Shown here: one piece after another, positions 48,611-58,299 of the stretch
Position numbering within the stretch: position 1 is the first letter of the stretch
Layout: every line of letters begins with the position of its first letter
Source: a virus
Taxonomy: Duplodnaviria; Caudoviricetes
Virus record (IMG/VR): IMGVR_UViG_2907408351_000001
Location: 2,863 to 66,862 of that record
Length of the DNA stretch: 64,000 nt
Reading direction: 5' to 3' (one strand)
Notes under the pieces: model-generated
What the model was told of the DNA's origin: nothing
Databases searched by the model: none
What the model saw: only the letters and a program-made list of their open reading frames with translations
Made by a program: the position numbers and the translations under genes

Positions 48611-50309
48611 AGAATCTTTAAACATAAAAGTCAAGGCAACGCCCGATTTTAAATCAGTAGACAAAGAATACGACCGAATTGCTAAAAAGGGAAAGAAAGG
48701 GATTCCCGTTTCAGGTCGAGGGAAGGTTCCCGAGAAAAAAGGATCATCCAGTGGAAGCGGAGGAGGGAGTTCCGAAAAAAAGAAACTCGAGGCCGCGTCC
48801 AGGTATGCGGGTGGAAGTGCAATGGCTTCGAAAGTCGGAGCTGATGGATCGGATTTAGACGAGACTCAAAGCGGCGGATTTTTTAATACTCTTGATAAGA
48901 AATTTTCAGCCGCTCGCGATCTATTTCGAAAAAAGAAAAAGAAGAAAGACGGAGAGGAAGAAGAATCATCCGCAAGTTCAAGCGGAATTGGACTCACCTC
49001 TGCAAAACAGCTTCAACTTCAAAAAGCTGAAATCAAAATTCAACACGCAAATTTTGATAAAGGTGGTCTTTCCGGACTTCAGGGATCCGGAGGAGGGGGA
49101 GGATCGGGAGGCGACGGTGGATCCGTTAGAGGAAATAATTTTTCAATGATGGGAGCCGCGATTCCGATCGCTGGCGCCGCTTTCGCTATTGCTGGAGGAG
49201 TTTTAAAAACAATATCCGCAATCGGAGAACAATATCACGCGGCTATGCAAAGTCAGTCCGGAACGATTGGCGCGACCGGCGATTACGTTGGCGGTGGTAA
49301 AGGATATTTCGCAAACTCAGAACTCGCACAGGCAAACGTAGCGAAAGGTCGAGTAACGGGTGAAAACATATTTGGAAAAGGAAACCAGATAGATGAAACG
49401 ACAATGCTCTTCGCCGCCTCTCAAGGAAAAGGAATCGCTGAGGTAGTTAAAGAGTTAGAAACGATTCGAAAAGATTCGAAAAATGCAGACGTTGGTTTTC
49501 TTCGTGGTGGAGCTTCCGCCTCTGGGTTTCAGGGTTTAAGACAATCCGAATATATCTCAAAACTCGCGACCATTTCTGAAAATTTAAGAGGGAAAGGATA
49601 TTCAGGAGATATAAACGACTACGCGAAATTTTCAGCCGGTTTGCAAAGAACGGACGGGATCAATATGGATCCCTCAAGAAGAATGGCTCTTTCGGAACAG
49701 CTATCAGATCAAGGAAGAAACGGCGCATTTGGCGGAGGAGTATTTGGTTCTCTTTCTATGGCGGAAGCTTTAAAAGCGAACGGTGGAGACGTGATAAAAG
49801 CCATCAGAGAATCCGAATTAAATCCTGGGAAATATATGTCTTCGGCAATGGGGGGAATAGATGCAACAACACGCGGTCTTTTAAATAAAATGCAGGGAGG
49901 AAGTTTTTCGGAAATGGCTGGAATGAAGTTTGGATATAACGACATCAAGTCAGATAACTCAACAATTAACGCTGGCTATAACAAAGGACTAAACCTCGAC
50001 AACGCAAAAAAAGAAACCTTTGCCACGGACGTAGGCGCTCAAGCCGCTCAAATTGGATATGACATGAATAAAGCTATGATTGATTTATTCAATGAAAACA
50101 AAGGAGCTATGAAAAGCCTTGCATCGACCGTTTCCAATATTGAAAAATCCGTAATTCCCGTTATTTCAGGACAGATTACCTCCCTCGTTGGAACGATAGA
50201 AAAACTTGCAAAGGGTGACTTTGGTGGCGCGCTCGGAGACATGATGGGTGGTCTCGGAAAACTTGCGACACTGGCAAACCCCGCCGGTCTTTTGGTTCGA
50301 TCGAAATAA
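48603..50309 (+). CDS. tape measure protein
   Basis: Gly/Ala-rich helical 568-aa protein after the chaperone pair. Confidence 0.75.
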   Translation: MAEESLNIKVKATPDFKSVDKEYDRIAKKGKKGIPVSGRGKVPEKKGSSSGSGGGSSEKKKLEAASRYAGGSAMASKVGADGSDLDETQSGGFFNTLDKKFSAARDLFRKKKKKKDGEEEESSASSSGIGLTSAKQLQLQKAEIKIQHANFDKGGLSGLQGSGGGGGSGGDGGSVRGNNFSMMGAAIPIAGAAFAIAGGVLKTISAIGEQYHAAMQSQSGTIGATGDYVGGGKGYFANSELAQANVAKGRVTGENIFGKGNQIDETTMLFAASQGKGIAEVVKELETIRKDSKNADVGFLRGGASASGFQGLRQSEYISKLATISENLRGKGYSGDINDYAKFSAGLQRTDGINMDPSRRMALSEQLSDQGRNGAFGGGVFGSLSMAEALKANGGDVIKAIRESELNPGKYMSSAMGGIDATTRGLLNKMQGGSFSEMAGMKFGYNDIKSDNSTINAGYNKGLNLDNAKKETFATDVGAQAAQIGYDMNKAMIDLFNENKGAMKSLASTVSNIEKSVIPVISGQITSLVGTIEKLAKGDFGGALGDMMGGLGKLATLANPAGLLVRSK

Positions 50310-50352
50310 CAATTCTAAATTCCGATTTTTCATTCCAATGCAAACTACCGGA

Positions 50353-50742
50353 ATGGAAATACACCGTATTCTTTTTCAATTATTCAATCGAACCGGCGTT
50401 GCGATCGAAAGAGAGGTTGAAGAATTCGCTCAAGAGTTTCAAGTTCAACAACCTCAAAAACTTACCAAAGCCTTTAAACAATCAGACAATTTGGTAACCA
50501 TCCCCATTCCAACTGGGATTCAGTTTAAATATGTTCTGATTCTTGGAACTTATCTCGCAGACGACACAGCAATTGGAGTTAAAAAAGACGACCCCGCACC
50601 GATTGTAGTCCGTATTAATGAATCTGCAACCGATCATCCTTTACCTCAAGGATTTATGGCATGGTCTGGAGGTCTTACTTCTTTGAGAGTTGCGACAACT
50701 TATGATACGAATCAAGTCTTAGTAGAAGTTTACTTGGGATAA
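50353..50742 (+). CDS. virion protein (hypothetical)
   Basis: Start moved to MEIHR because the late promoter motif ends 6 nt upstream. Confidence 0.65.
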   Translation: MEIHRILFQLFNRTGVAIEREVEEFAQEFQVQQPQKLTKAFKQSDNLVTIPIPTGIQFKYVLILGTYLADDTAIGVKKDDPAPIVVRINESATDHPLPQGFMAWSGGLTSLRVATTYDTNQVLVEVYLG

Positions 50743-52254
50743 ATGAATCCTGTATTTGATTTCTTACTTAGAGGAATTGGATCACAAGTCCGAATCGGCA
50801 AGGGTGGTCCGCAAATCAAGGGATCATCTTCAGGTTTGGATATACGTCTTCCAGACGATTCTGATTTTGGAAGACTTCGAGTTGGCAATCCACAGTCAGG
50901 AAATGACGCAGTCAATCTAGATTGGATCAAAGAACAAGTTCTTTCAAATTGGAACGTTCCCGTTCAATCTTTATCCGACCTCAGAGCAATTCCGGCTTTT
51001 GATCGTAAAGATAAACAAATTCGAGAAGTTGAAAACGAACTAGCATTCTACCAATTCGATTCAGAATCAACTGCCACAGTTCCCGATCCACAGGATGTAA
51101 CCAGATGCGTCGTTCCTAACGATATAGCTCTTCCAAATCCAGGAAGGTGGTTAAAAACTACGGCAAGGGTCCAACAACATTCACAACTCTTAGGTTTAGC
51201 GTCTTCAGACGATCACCCTCAGTATCAATTGAGGACTGAGAAAAATTCGGTAAATGGTTTTCCTGGTCTTTCCAATGATTCCGGAAATCCTGGAATTGAA
51301 TTGATTTCAAATGGTTCGATCGTCAGTGTCATTCGATCCCTTGCAACCGCGGCAAAATCTTTCTTTCTACCTGATAAGAATGGAACGCTTGCTTTGGATG
51401 ATCCATTCATCGGAGCAACGGATACGACTAACGGGATAAAGGGTCTTGTTCCTTTTCCTCTCATCCTTGACAGAGAGAAATTCTTGTCAGGAGACGGAAC
51501 ATGGAAAACTAATTTCGGATCTTTAAAAAACTCCCCTCTCCAAAATAGCGCATATACCGCTTCAAAATATGAACGAATTTTGTGTGACGTCTCCGGAGGA
51601 GGGATCTCAATCACACTTCCTCTAAATCCCGAAGACAATACAGTTGTCGGAATTTTAGATGTTTCGAATGTCGCAGGAACGAATCCAATTACGGTTTTAA
51701 GGAATGGTCAATTGATTGAAGATCAAACTGAAGATTGGCAATTGGATTTAGACGGAGGATATTGGGAGCTCGCATTTTCATCTCAAAGAGAAAGTTGGTA
51801 TTTCCTTTCTCTTCCTGCCTACAATAACGTATCACCCTCCGCCGGTTTTATTTCGGATAATCCTCTCTTTACTGAAACCTCACTCGCGCCTTCTGCAAGA
51901 GCCGTAAAACAATACGCGGACACTCAAGACTTGACAGTTCTTCAAAATGTCGCGTTAGTCGGCACTTTTCAAGAAGGTTCGGGAAACGCAGTAGTGGGTA
52001 CACTCATAAAAAACGCATGGTTTGAGGGAATTACGAATTCAACCGGTCTTTGTAGCGTTGCAACAGGATTAGGAAATAATATCCTTACCGTGATTGCTTT
52101 TATTAGCGACGGAAGTGGGAAATGGTTTTCGGCTTCGACTTCAGCAGGTTCAAACACTATTTACTATGACGATTCCGGCAATATATCGATTCAGTTTAGT
52201 GGGAATGTTCTTTTTCAAACGCGCTCTGTAAGATTCAAGGTAGAATACAAATGA
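50743..52254 (+). CDS. fibre protein
   Basis: DAVNLDWI, DDHPQY, KGLVP..KFLSGDGTW and a T4 gp34-like CDVSGGGISITLP..P..VGILD unit. Confidence 0.7.
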   Translation: MNPVFDFLLRGIGSQVRIGKGGPQIKGSSSGLDIRLPDDSDFGRLRVGNPQSGNDAVNLDWIKEQVLSNWNVPVQSLSDLRAIPAFDRKDKQIREVENELAFYQFDSESTATVPDPQDVTRCVVPNDIALPNPGRWLKTTARVQQHSQLLGLASSDDHPQYQLRTEKNSVNGFPGLSNDSGNPGIELISNGSIVSVIRSLATAAKSFFLPDKNGTLALDDPFIGATDTTNGIKGLVPFPLILDREKFLSGDGTWKTNFGSLKNSPLQNSAYTASKYERILCDVSGGGISITLPLNPEDNTVVGILDVSNVAGTNPITVLRNGQLIEDQTEDWQLDLDGGYWELAFSSQRESWYFLSLPAYNNVSPSAGFISDNPLFTETSLAPSARAVKQYADTQDLTVLQNVALVGTFQEGSGNAVVGTLIKNAWFEGITNSTGLCSVATGLGNNILTVIAFISDGSGKWFSASTSAGSNTIYYDDSGNISIQFSGNVLFQTRSVRFKVEYK

Positions 52255-53615
52255 AATCTTTTAAGAACGACTACTTAAAAGATAACGCTATCAGAGCCTA
52301 CGCGGACAATCTAGTTTCTGCCGAAGCAAGTGCGAGAATCGATTCTTTCTCAAATTTACAAACATCGTTAAATTCGAAAATAAATACTTCTTCAAAGGCC
52401 ATTCCAAACGGGATCGCGACTCTCGATACGGACGGCCTTTTAACAGGGAGTCAACGTCCGCCGGTCGTCGCAAGCGGAAACGTTTATATCTTTCGACCGG
52501 GTGAAACTTCACCAATCGGAAACGTATATAACGATTGGGCAACGATGATAGTCGCGACTCAAAGTAAGCAGGGTTTAAAATACATTCAATTTGATGATTC
52601 ACTTCAAGGAATTGCAGTTCCCGTTGATAACGTAAACTTTTCAGAATTTATACTTCTTCCACGATACAAAAAAGCGAACTATATCGACGTGACTTTTACA
52701 TCCGGTTTTTTACTCAGCACTTGGCCTATTGAGATAAGAGGATTAAATCTTAAATTCTCATCCCACTTTAACGATAATTCCGGAACAAACGCATTTACAA
52801 TGATCGATGCAAGTATCCAGTACAGTGGAACCTCGTCAAACGGAGTCGATTTCATTACGGGTTCCCTAACGATCTTTATGCGAAATTCCCAAATTGTCGG
52901 ACCTGGAAATTCTTTATTCTCTCTTGCAAATCGCACACTTCAAATTTTTGCCGTATCCGGCTTTTGCAACGTGGATCCAAACCTTATTAAAAGTAATTCT
53001 TTAGGAAATTTAAACGTTACAAATTACGGAGCTTCGAGTCCTTCGATTGGTAACGTTGTTCAATCACAACCCTCATTTTTAGGAACCCGATCAGATATCG
53101 ACTTTGAACATACCTTAGAAAGAACGATTCTATCTAAAGGTCAATTGATTACAAAAAACGATTCGGGAAGCTTCGTTGCCTTTCCAGTTGGTGCCGACAA
53201 CGAATTACTTGCTTTCGATTCAAGCACAGCAACAGGTCTAAAATCTATCCCTCAACCGGGAGCTTTGAATACTCCCGGAATGAAAACGATCACAGACTAT
53301 GTAAGACAATCGTCTCCTGTAACATCTCTTCTTCCAGCTGGTAATAAAACGATCGATTGCGCAACGGCGAATCTCTTTAGAATTACAGGAGGAACCGCAA
53401 CGATAACAATTTCTAATTTAACCGAAAACGAAGTTGTAAACGTAGTCTTTGAATCCACGGGTTCAGCATATACGATAACTTGGACGGGAGGAACGTTTTT
53501 GTGGCCAGGTGCGACCGTCCCAACGCCGTCTTCAACTGCTTCTCGAAAAGACATCTATACATTCATAAAAATCAACGGCGTTATTTTTGGATCCGCTGTT
53601 CTCAGTATGGGTTAA
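52251..53615 (+). CDS. fibre protein
   Basis: NGIATLD..G, KGQLI..PVGAD..L..DS..TG, C-terminal ITW..WPG..P..DIYTF adaptor-like domain. Confidence 0.7.
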   Translation: MKSFKNDYLKDNAIRAYADNLVSAEASARIDSFSNLQTSLNSKINTSSKAIPNGIATLDTDGLLTGSQRPPVVASGNVYIFRPGETSPIGNVYNDWATMIVATQSKQGLKYIQFDDSLQGIAVPVDNVNFSEFILLPRYKKANYIDVTFTSGFLLSTWPIEIRGLNLKFSSHFNDNSGTNAFTMIDASIQYSGTSSNGVDFITGSLTIFMRNSQIVGPGNSLFSLANRTLQIFAVSGFCNVDPNLIKSNSLGNLNVTNYGASSPSIGNVVQSQPSFLGTRSDIDFEHTLERTILSKGQLITKNDSGSFVAFPVGADNELLAFDSSTATGLKSIPQPGALNTPGMKTITDYVRQSSPVTSLLPAGNKTIDCATANLFRITGGTATITISNLTENEVVNVVFESTGSAYTITWTGGTFLWPGATVPTPSSTASRKDIYTFIKINGVIFGSAVLSMG

Positions 53616-53619
53616 ACGA

Positions 53620-54720
53620 ATGTTTCTTCCATTTGGATTTTTTAAAAATCAAGTTCCAAAACCGACTTTAGATCCAGCTTATCCAACAGGAGGAGTTGGG
53701 AATTATATCAAAGCAATGGTTCAATCCGGGAATACGATCTTTGTAGGCGGACTCTTTACTTCGATCGGAGGACAAACTCGAAACCGTATAGCCGCAATCG
53801 ATGCAACAACCGGAGCCGTTCTTTCTTGGTATCCGACAGGCGGCGCAAACTCTGACATCTATGGATTGGCATTAAGCGGTAACACTCTCTTTGTTGCAGG
53901 TAGTTTTACTAACATCGGCGGAACTACTCGTAACGGAATCGCCGCGTTAGACGCAACAACCGGAGCGGTCTTGCCTTGGTATCCGACGGGCGGGCTTGGT
54001 GGAACTACGTTTGGAAAATGTTTAGTTCTTTCAGGGTCCACTCTTTACATTGGTGGATCATTCTCCTCAATAGGAGGTGTTGCGCGTACAAATATCGGAG
54101 CCGTTGATGCAAATACCGGTGCAACACTTTCTTGGTATCCTTCGGGTGGAGTAAATTTTAACTTAAACGTTTTGTATCTAAATAGTGGGGTCCTATACTT
54201 AGGTGGAGGATTTACGTCCGTCGGAGGCCAATCTCGCACGCTTTTGGCCGCTGTGGATCCATCGACTGCGAGTGTACTTTCTTGGAATCCAACAAATGGG
54301 GGAGGGAACAACTACGTTGAAACTATAGTAAGAAATGGCAATATAGTATATATAGGAGGGTCGTTTTCTTCGTTAAACAGCACTCTTCGGTTTGGAATCG
54401 CCGCGATCGATGCGACAACTGGATCTTTACTTTCCTGGTTGCCTGATTTAAACGGAGGTCAGCTCACTGGGCTTGTATTGAACGGAACTTCCTTGTATCT
54501 AATAGGAAACTTTTCTACAGTAAACGGGACCGCAAGGAGCCGAATTGCATCTGTGAGTACCATAACCGCAGGAACCCTTTCTTGGTATCCTACGGGTGGA
54601 GTTGACGCGACAGTAGATACATCCTACGCTTTGGATGGGAATACTTTGTGGATTGCAGGCGGTTTCAGTAACGTAGGCGGACAGTCTCGCGTGAGAATTG
54701 CAAAGTTAAATCTTTCCTAA
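53620..54720 (+). CDS. seven-repeat beta-propeller protein (candidate receptor-binding tip)
   Basis: Seven ~50-aa repeats YPTGG..LYIGGSF..IGG..R..IAAIDATTG..LSW; start at MFLPFGFF. Confidence 0.8.
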   Translation: MFLPFGFFKNQVPKPTLDPAYPTGGVGNYIKAMVQSGNTIFVGGLFTSIGGQTRNRIAAIDATTGAVLSWYPTGGANSDIYGLALSGNTLFVAGSFTNIGGTTRNGIAALDATTGAVLPWYPTGGLGGTTFGKCLVLSGSTLYIGGSFSSIGGVARTNIGAVDANTGATLSWYPSGGVNFNLNVLYLNSGVLYLGGGFTSVGGQSRTLLAAVDPSTASVLSWNPTNGGGNNYVETIVRNGNIVYIGGSFSSLNSTLRFGIAAIDATTGSLLSWLPDLNGGQLTGLVLNGTSLYLIGNFSTVNGTARSRIASVSTITAGTLSWYPTGGVDATVDTSYALDGNTLWIAGGFSNVGGQSRVRIAKLNLS

Positions 54721-54733
54721 AGAAAGTATTTAA

Positions 54734-56359
54734 TTAAAATACTAGATCCTTGTCCGGTTCAAATTCTTCTTCCTCGTCGAGACGAAATTTCGAATCTTCG
54801 GGATTATCGCCCTGTTCGCCGTTTTCTTCATATCCCATTTCAGAATAATCCTGTCCTTGCATTGCACCCATTGCATTTTGTTGGATTTGCATCATATTTT
54901 GTTGAAAAATTGGATTTAAAATAAGAGCTCCGGCCATTTTGTAATCTTCGACTGGAACGCCGTAAAGGTCTGCGAGAGTTTCCCCGATTGTCGGGTTATC
55001 TTGTGCAATTCGAATTTCGTCCACAAGTTTCCAGTTTGAAACTTCATCTTTTTGTTTTTGAACTTTATCTTTTTCGTCTTCCGGATCTTTTCCACTAAAT
55101 TCACAAACAATTCCGCCGAAATCATCCTCACGGAAGTTTTTGAGTTTTGTAAAAGCAGATTCGAAGTAGGTAAGTAAACTGAGTTTTGCGCGAGTCATAC
55201 TATGTTTACTTTTTTCAGTTTGATTGGCTTCTGATAATGATTGAGAGCCGATGAGTCGAAGTCCCAACTCTGCTTGGTCCATTCCATGCCCCATAAGGAC
55301 GAGTGAAACACACCACTGCATTAAATCTTTAAATACCATTTCATTTGGAATATTGAGTGGGGTCCATTTTACTTCTCCCGCAGAAGTTCCGAGGATCGGG
55401 ATTCGATGAGAATCATCAAGACCAGAGATCATCTCTTGCCATTGAAGTTGAAGAGAATCTAACGCCTCTTGGCTAATATCACCTTGGAACGAAAGATAAC
55501 CGTAAGGATGTTGTCTTGAAAATGTATCTCGATTAAATTTGAGTGAATTGATGACTCCGACAAGATCGAGCATACACGCTTCCAAAGGAGAGAATCCAAA
55601 TCCCCTCATGGATACATCAGAAAGATGATTTTTGTGGAGCCAAAGGATTTCGTTTGCCCCGAACGTTTCGACTACATTGTCATCGATGATTTGGACAAAT
55701 GCAACGGAATGGTCCCCCCTGTATCCTTTTGTGGGATCGACTGGAAATATGGATGCGGGATCCAAATATCTGATTTCTATTAACTTACCGAAGGAATTAA
55801 AAATTAAAAAGAATGCTATTGAATCGATGGTGAGAGTATCTCTCGTCATCATTTCAAAAACGGAACCTAAATGATCGCGGTTTGCCCAACCAGCTGTCAA
55901 ATCACCCATTTTATCAAACCACTTTCCGCATCGTTTCATCCGCACGGTGATTTCATCCGTGACTTCTTCGTCCTCGTCTTCCATTCGAAACCAAAGACCG
56001 GTTTTGGAACTGATCCGCGCAAACTTACTCAAGTCTTCTACGCGAACCGTATGAATTGCCGAGATTAAAGATGTACCGTAGCTAGCACTTCGAAGATGGG
56101 GAATTGGAATTCTCCAAGTTGGTCGCAACTGGATCCCGTCCCTGATTTGTTGCATCTGATCGAAGCTATATACGGGATTTCGACCGGCGACTTCCGGAGT
56201 GTTTACTTGTCCAAACCAGGACTTTGCTAAGTGTAAAAGACGTTCATTGATTTTTTCAGTTTTAAGTCCGACCTCTTTGGAACGTTCTAGTCTTATTCTT
56301 TTTTCTAAATTCTTTTCGTAATCATTTCCACGCGGCCGGCCTTTCCCCTGTTTCACCAT
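54734..56359 (-). CDS. portal protein
   Basis: RDTLTID, LDPASI, GFSPLE, P.GYL, WTPL..EM.F..M motifs of SPO1/Twort-type portals. Confidence 0.88.
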   Translation of the reverse strand: MVKQGKGRPRGNDYEKNLEKRIRLERSKEVGLKTEKINERLLHLAKSWFGQVNTPEVAGRNPVYSFDQMQQIRDGIQLRPTWRIPIPHLRSASYGTSLISAIHTVRVEDLSKFARISSKTGLWFRMEDEDEEVTDEITVRMKRCGKWFDKMGDLTAGWANRDHLGSVFEMMTRDTLTIDSIAFFLIFNSFGKLIEIRYLDPASIFPVDPTKGYRGDHSVAFVQIIDDNVVETFGANEILWLHKNHLSDVSMRGFGFSPLEACMLDLVGVINSLKFNRDTFSRQHPYGYLSFQGDISQEALDSLQLQWQEMISGLDDSHRIPILGTSAGEVKWTPLNIPNEMVFKDLMQWCVSLVLMGHGMDQAELGLRLIGSQSLSEANQTEKSKHSMTRAKLSLLTYFESAFTKLKNFREDDFGGIVCEFSGKDPEDEKDKVQKQKDEVSNWKLVDEIRIAQDNPTIGETLADLYGVPVEDYKMAGALILNPIFQQNMMQIQQNAMGAMQGQDYSEMGYEENGEQGDNPEDSKFRLDEEEEFEPDKDLVF

Positions 56360-56504
56360 GCGGTTGAGATTATGAAAAAAAGGATTATCGGATTATTTTT
56401 TCCGATTTTTTCCGGCGGGAAAAATAGGTTTTGTCGCAAATCGCTATCGGCTAAGAGTACACATATCTTTTTCCGATATTGATTTTCTGATTAATATAAA
56501 GAGC

Positions 56505-56810
56505 ATGAGTCGAAAATCAATCACCCTGCAAGACATAGGGCGTATTCAATACCAGAATCAATTCACCGTTCCAGGTTCAGAAGTCCTAAATGATCCCGGA
56601 AGACTTTACTACATTACCAACATACACGCGATAGGCGGCTGGACAATTTCCGCAAAAGGAAACAACGCTGATCAAAAACTTACGAACTATTCCCGGTCTG
56701 GAACAGGAGACTTTCAATTTTTTCTTCCGCTCTGCGTATCCGAAGCTTCCTTTTCAGGAGTGACCGAGGTTTCTGGTTTTTGGGTGAACGCGTCACCAAT
56801 GTCTCATTGA
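56505..56810 (+). CDS. hypothetical virion protein
   Basis: 101-aa ORF with the late promoter motif. Confidence 0.6.
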   Translation: MSRKSITLQDIGRIQYQNQFTVPGSEVLNDPGRLYYITNIHAIGGWTISAKGNNADQKLTNYSRSGTGDFQFFLPLCVSEASFSGVTEVSGFWVNASPMSH

Positions 56811-56811
56811 A

Positions 56812-57273
56812 ATGATTTCAAGTACGAACTTAGTAAAGAAAAAGGTTCTCGTACACGGTAAAGGAGGCGATTACATGGCCTTCCGAAATACGAAAACCGG
56901 AAATGATGTTTTAACTCCAAGAGAAAAGAAAGTTGAATTTGCAAAACATCAAAGAAGTAGAATTCAACATACTTCCGTCCATAGCGAAAAAGAACAAGCT
57001 CTCATAAAAGAAATGACCGCTCGCCACAAGGCTTTTGAAACCGAAGCGCGAGAACAAAGAAAAACGTATGGAGCCGGTCCTAAACTTCCAAAACCCGGTA
57101 TGATAATGCGAGTTTACGCAAAAGGGAAAGCAAATGTCGGAGGGATGCTTGCGAAAGTGAAACAAGTGGCGGAGGACGGTAAAACTGTGATTTGCGAACT
57201 CACCTCCGGAAAAACGTATTCTCTCCCGATCGATCACCTTGAATTCGCAAAGTCGCAGATCTTCTCCGATTAA
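56812..57273 (+). CDS. basic protein sharing a module with the 903-aa protein; SH3/KOW-like C-terminus
   Basis: LVKKKVLVHGKGGDY; terminal FAKS. Confidence 0.7.
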   Translation: MISSTNLVKKKVLVHGKGGDYMAFRNTKTGNDVLTPREKKVEFAKHQRSRIQHTSVHSEKEQALIKEMTARHKAFETEAREQRKTYGAGPKLPKPGMIMRVYAKGKANVGGMLAKVKQVAEDGKTVICELTSGKTYSLPIDHLEFAKSQIFSD

Positions 57274-57356
57274 TACAATCACTCCTATATTTGATGGGTG
57301 AATTTCAAATCAGTAAGCTACTCTAACATTTTAAGAAATCGCAATCGAGAGTTTCG

Positions 57357-58298
57357 ATGAGTCACGGATACGATGGCGACTTAAACAAACAAGCCGAGGA
57401 CTACGAATACCACGATCTGTCCGAGCGAATTTACCCTGAGTTTCATACAAGCGTTCAGTCTCTACCCAGTTGGGGAACATTGATCCATCCAGACGAGCTT
57501 CGCCGAATCATGTTTTTTGGTAACGAACCTCTGATGACAACTCGCGGAACTCAACTCGAAGATTTCCAATTAAAAAACTGGGTCGATCAAACGGTGCGCG
57601 CGTTTGCAAACGAAATAGATTGGGATATTTATCCAAGACTTTGGAGGAGCAGACCTCTTCCCGGACAAAATGGAAGATATGATTTAGAACCTCGTTTTGG
57701 TAAAATCGAAGATTTTGCAGAATGGGATGATGTTTATGATTATGATTCTTCCAAAGGAATGAATTTTTTTCTAAAACTAAGAAGGAAGAATCTTTGTCGT
57801 CTTCACAGGTGGGTTCTTACATACCCCTTTAACGGATCTACTTTTATTGATCTCACTCAAAAAGCTACGATCCAATACAAAACCGGAATTCTAAGGGCGG
57901 TATATACGAGAGCGCCTTGGGGAAATATGCCGATGCCAACGATGGGAATTCAAGCCTGGCGCGGAATTACGAGTTCCAATGGAACCTTACCGGGTGCATA
58001 CCAAGTGGATTATTCATCTGGTTACGATCATGCTTCGCGAGTGCCAAGAGACTTAAAAGATCAAATTCTTAAATACTTTGCAATATGCCTTCTTTCTTCT
58101 TACGGAGAAGGAATCATCGGCGGTGTTGCCAACTATTCAACTTCGGTCGGCGTAATCAGTGAGAGTATTGGGACAACCATGTCGGCAGAAAACGCATTCT
58201 ATGGAGCGAGAATCAAACAACTGAGTAATGAGCTAAAAGATTGGTGGAAAACAGGTAAACTCAGATACACCGGAATCAGTTTTGGTGCGCTCGGATAG
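57357..58298 (+). CDS. head-tail adaptor/neck protein (putative)
   Basis: YQVDYSSG..VP.DL..I..GGVANYS.S...SESI.TT.SAENAFYGARI. Confidence 0.65.
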   Translation: MSHGYDGDLNKQAEDYEYHDLSERIYPEFHTSVQSLPSWGTLIHPDELRRIMFFGNEPLMTTRGTQLEDFQLKNWVDQTVRAFANEIDWDIYPRLWRSRPLPGQNGRYDLEPRFGKIEDFAEWDDVYDYDSSKGMNFFLKLRRKNLCRLHRWVLTYPFNGSTFIDLTQKATIQYKTGILRAVYTRAPWGNMPMPTMGIQAWRGITSSNGTLPGAYQVDYSSGYDHASRVPRDLKDQILKYFAICLLSSYGEGIIGGVANYSTSVGVISESIGTTMSAENAFYGARIKQLSNELKDWWKTGKLRYTGISFGALG

Positions 58299-58299
58299 T

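Noticed and set aside
50743-54720. Diversity-generating retroelement or invertible tail-fibre cassette
   Set aside because: No reverse transcriptase, invertase or TR/VR pair visible; the repeats are propeller blades
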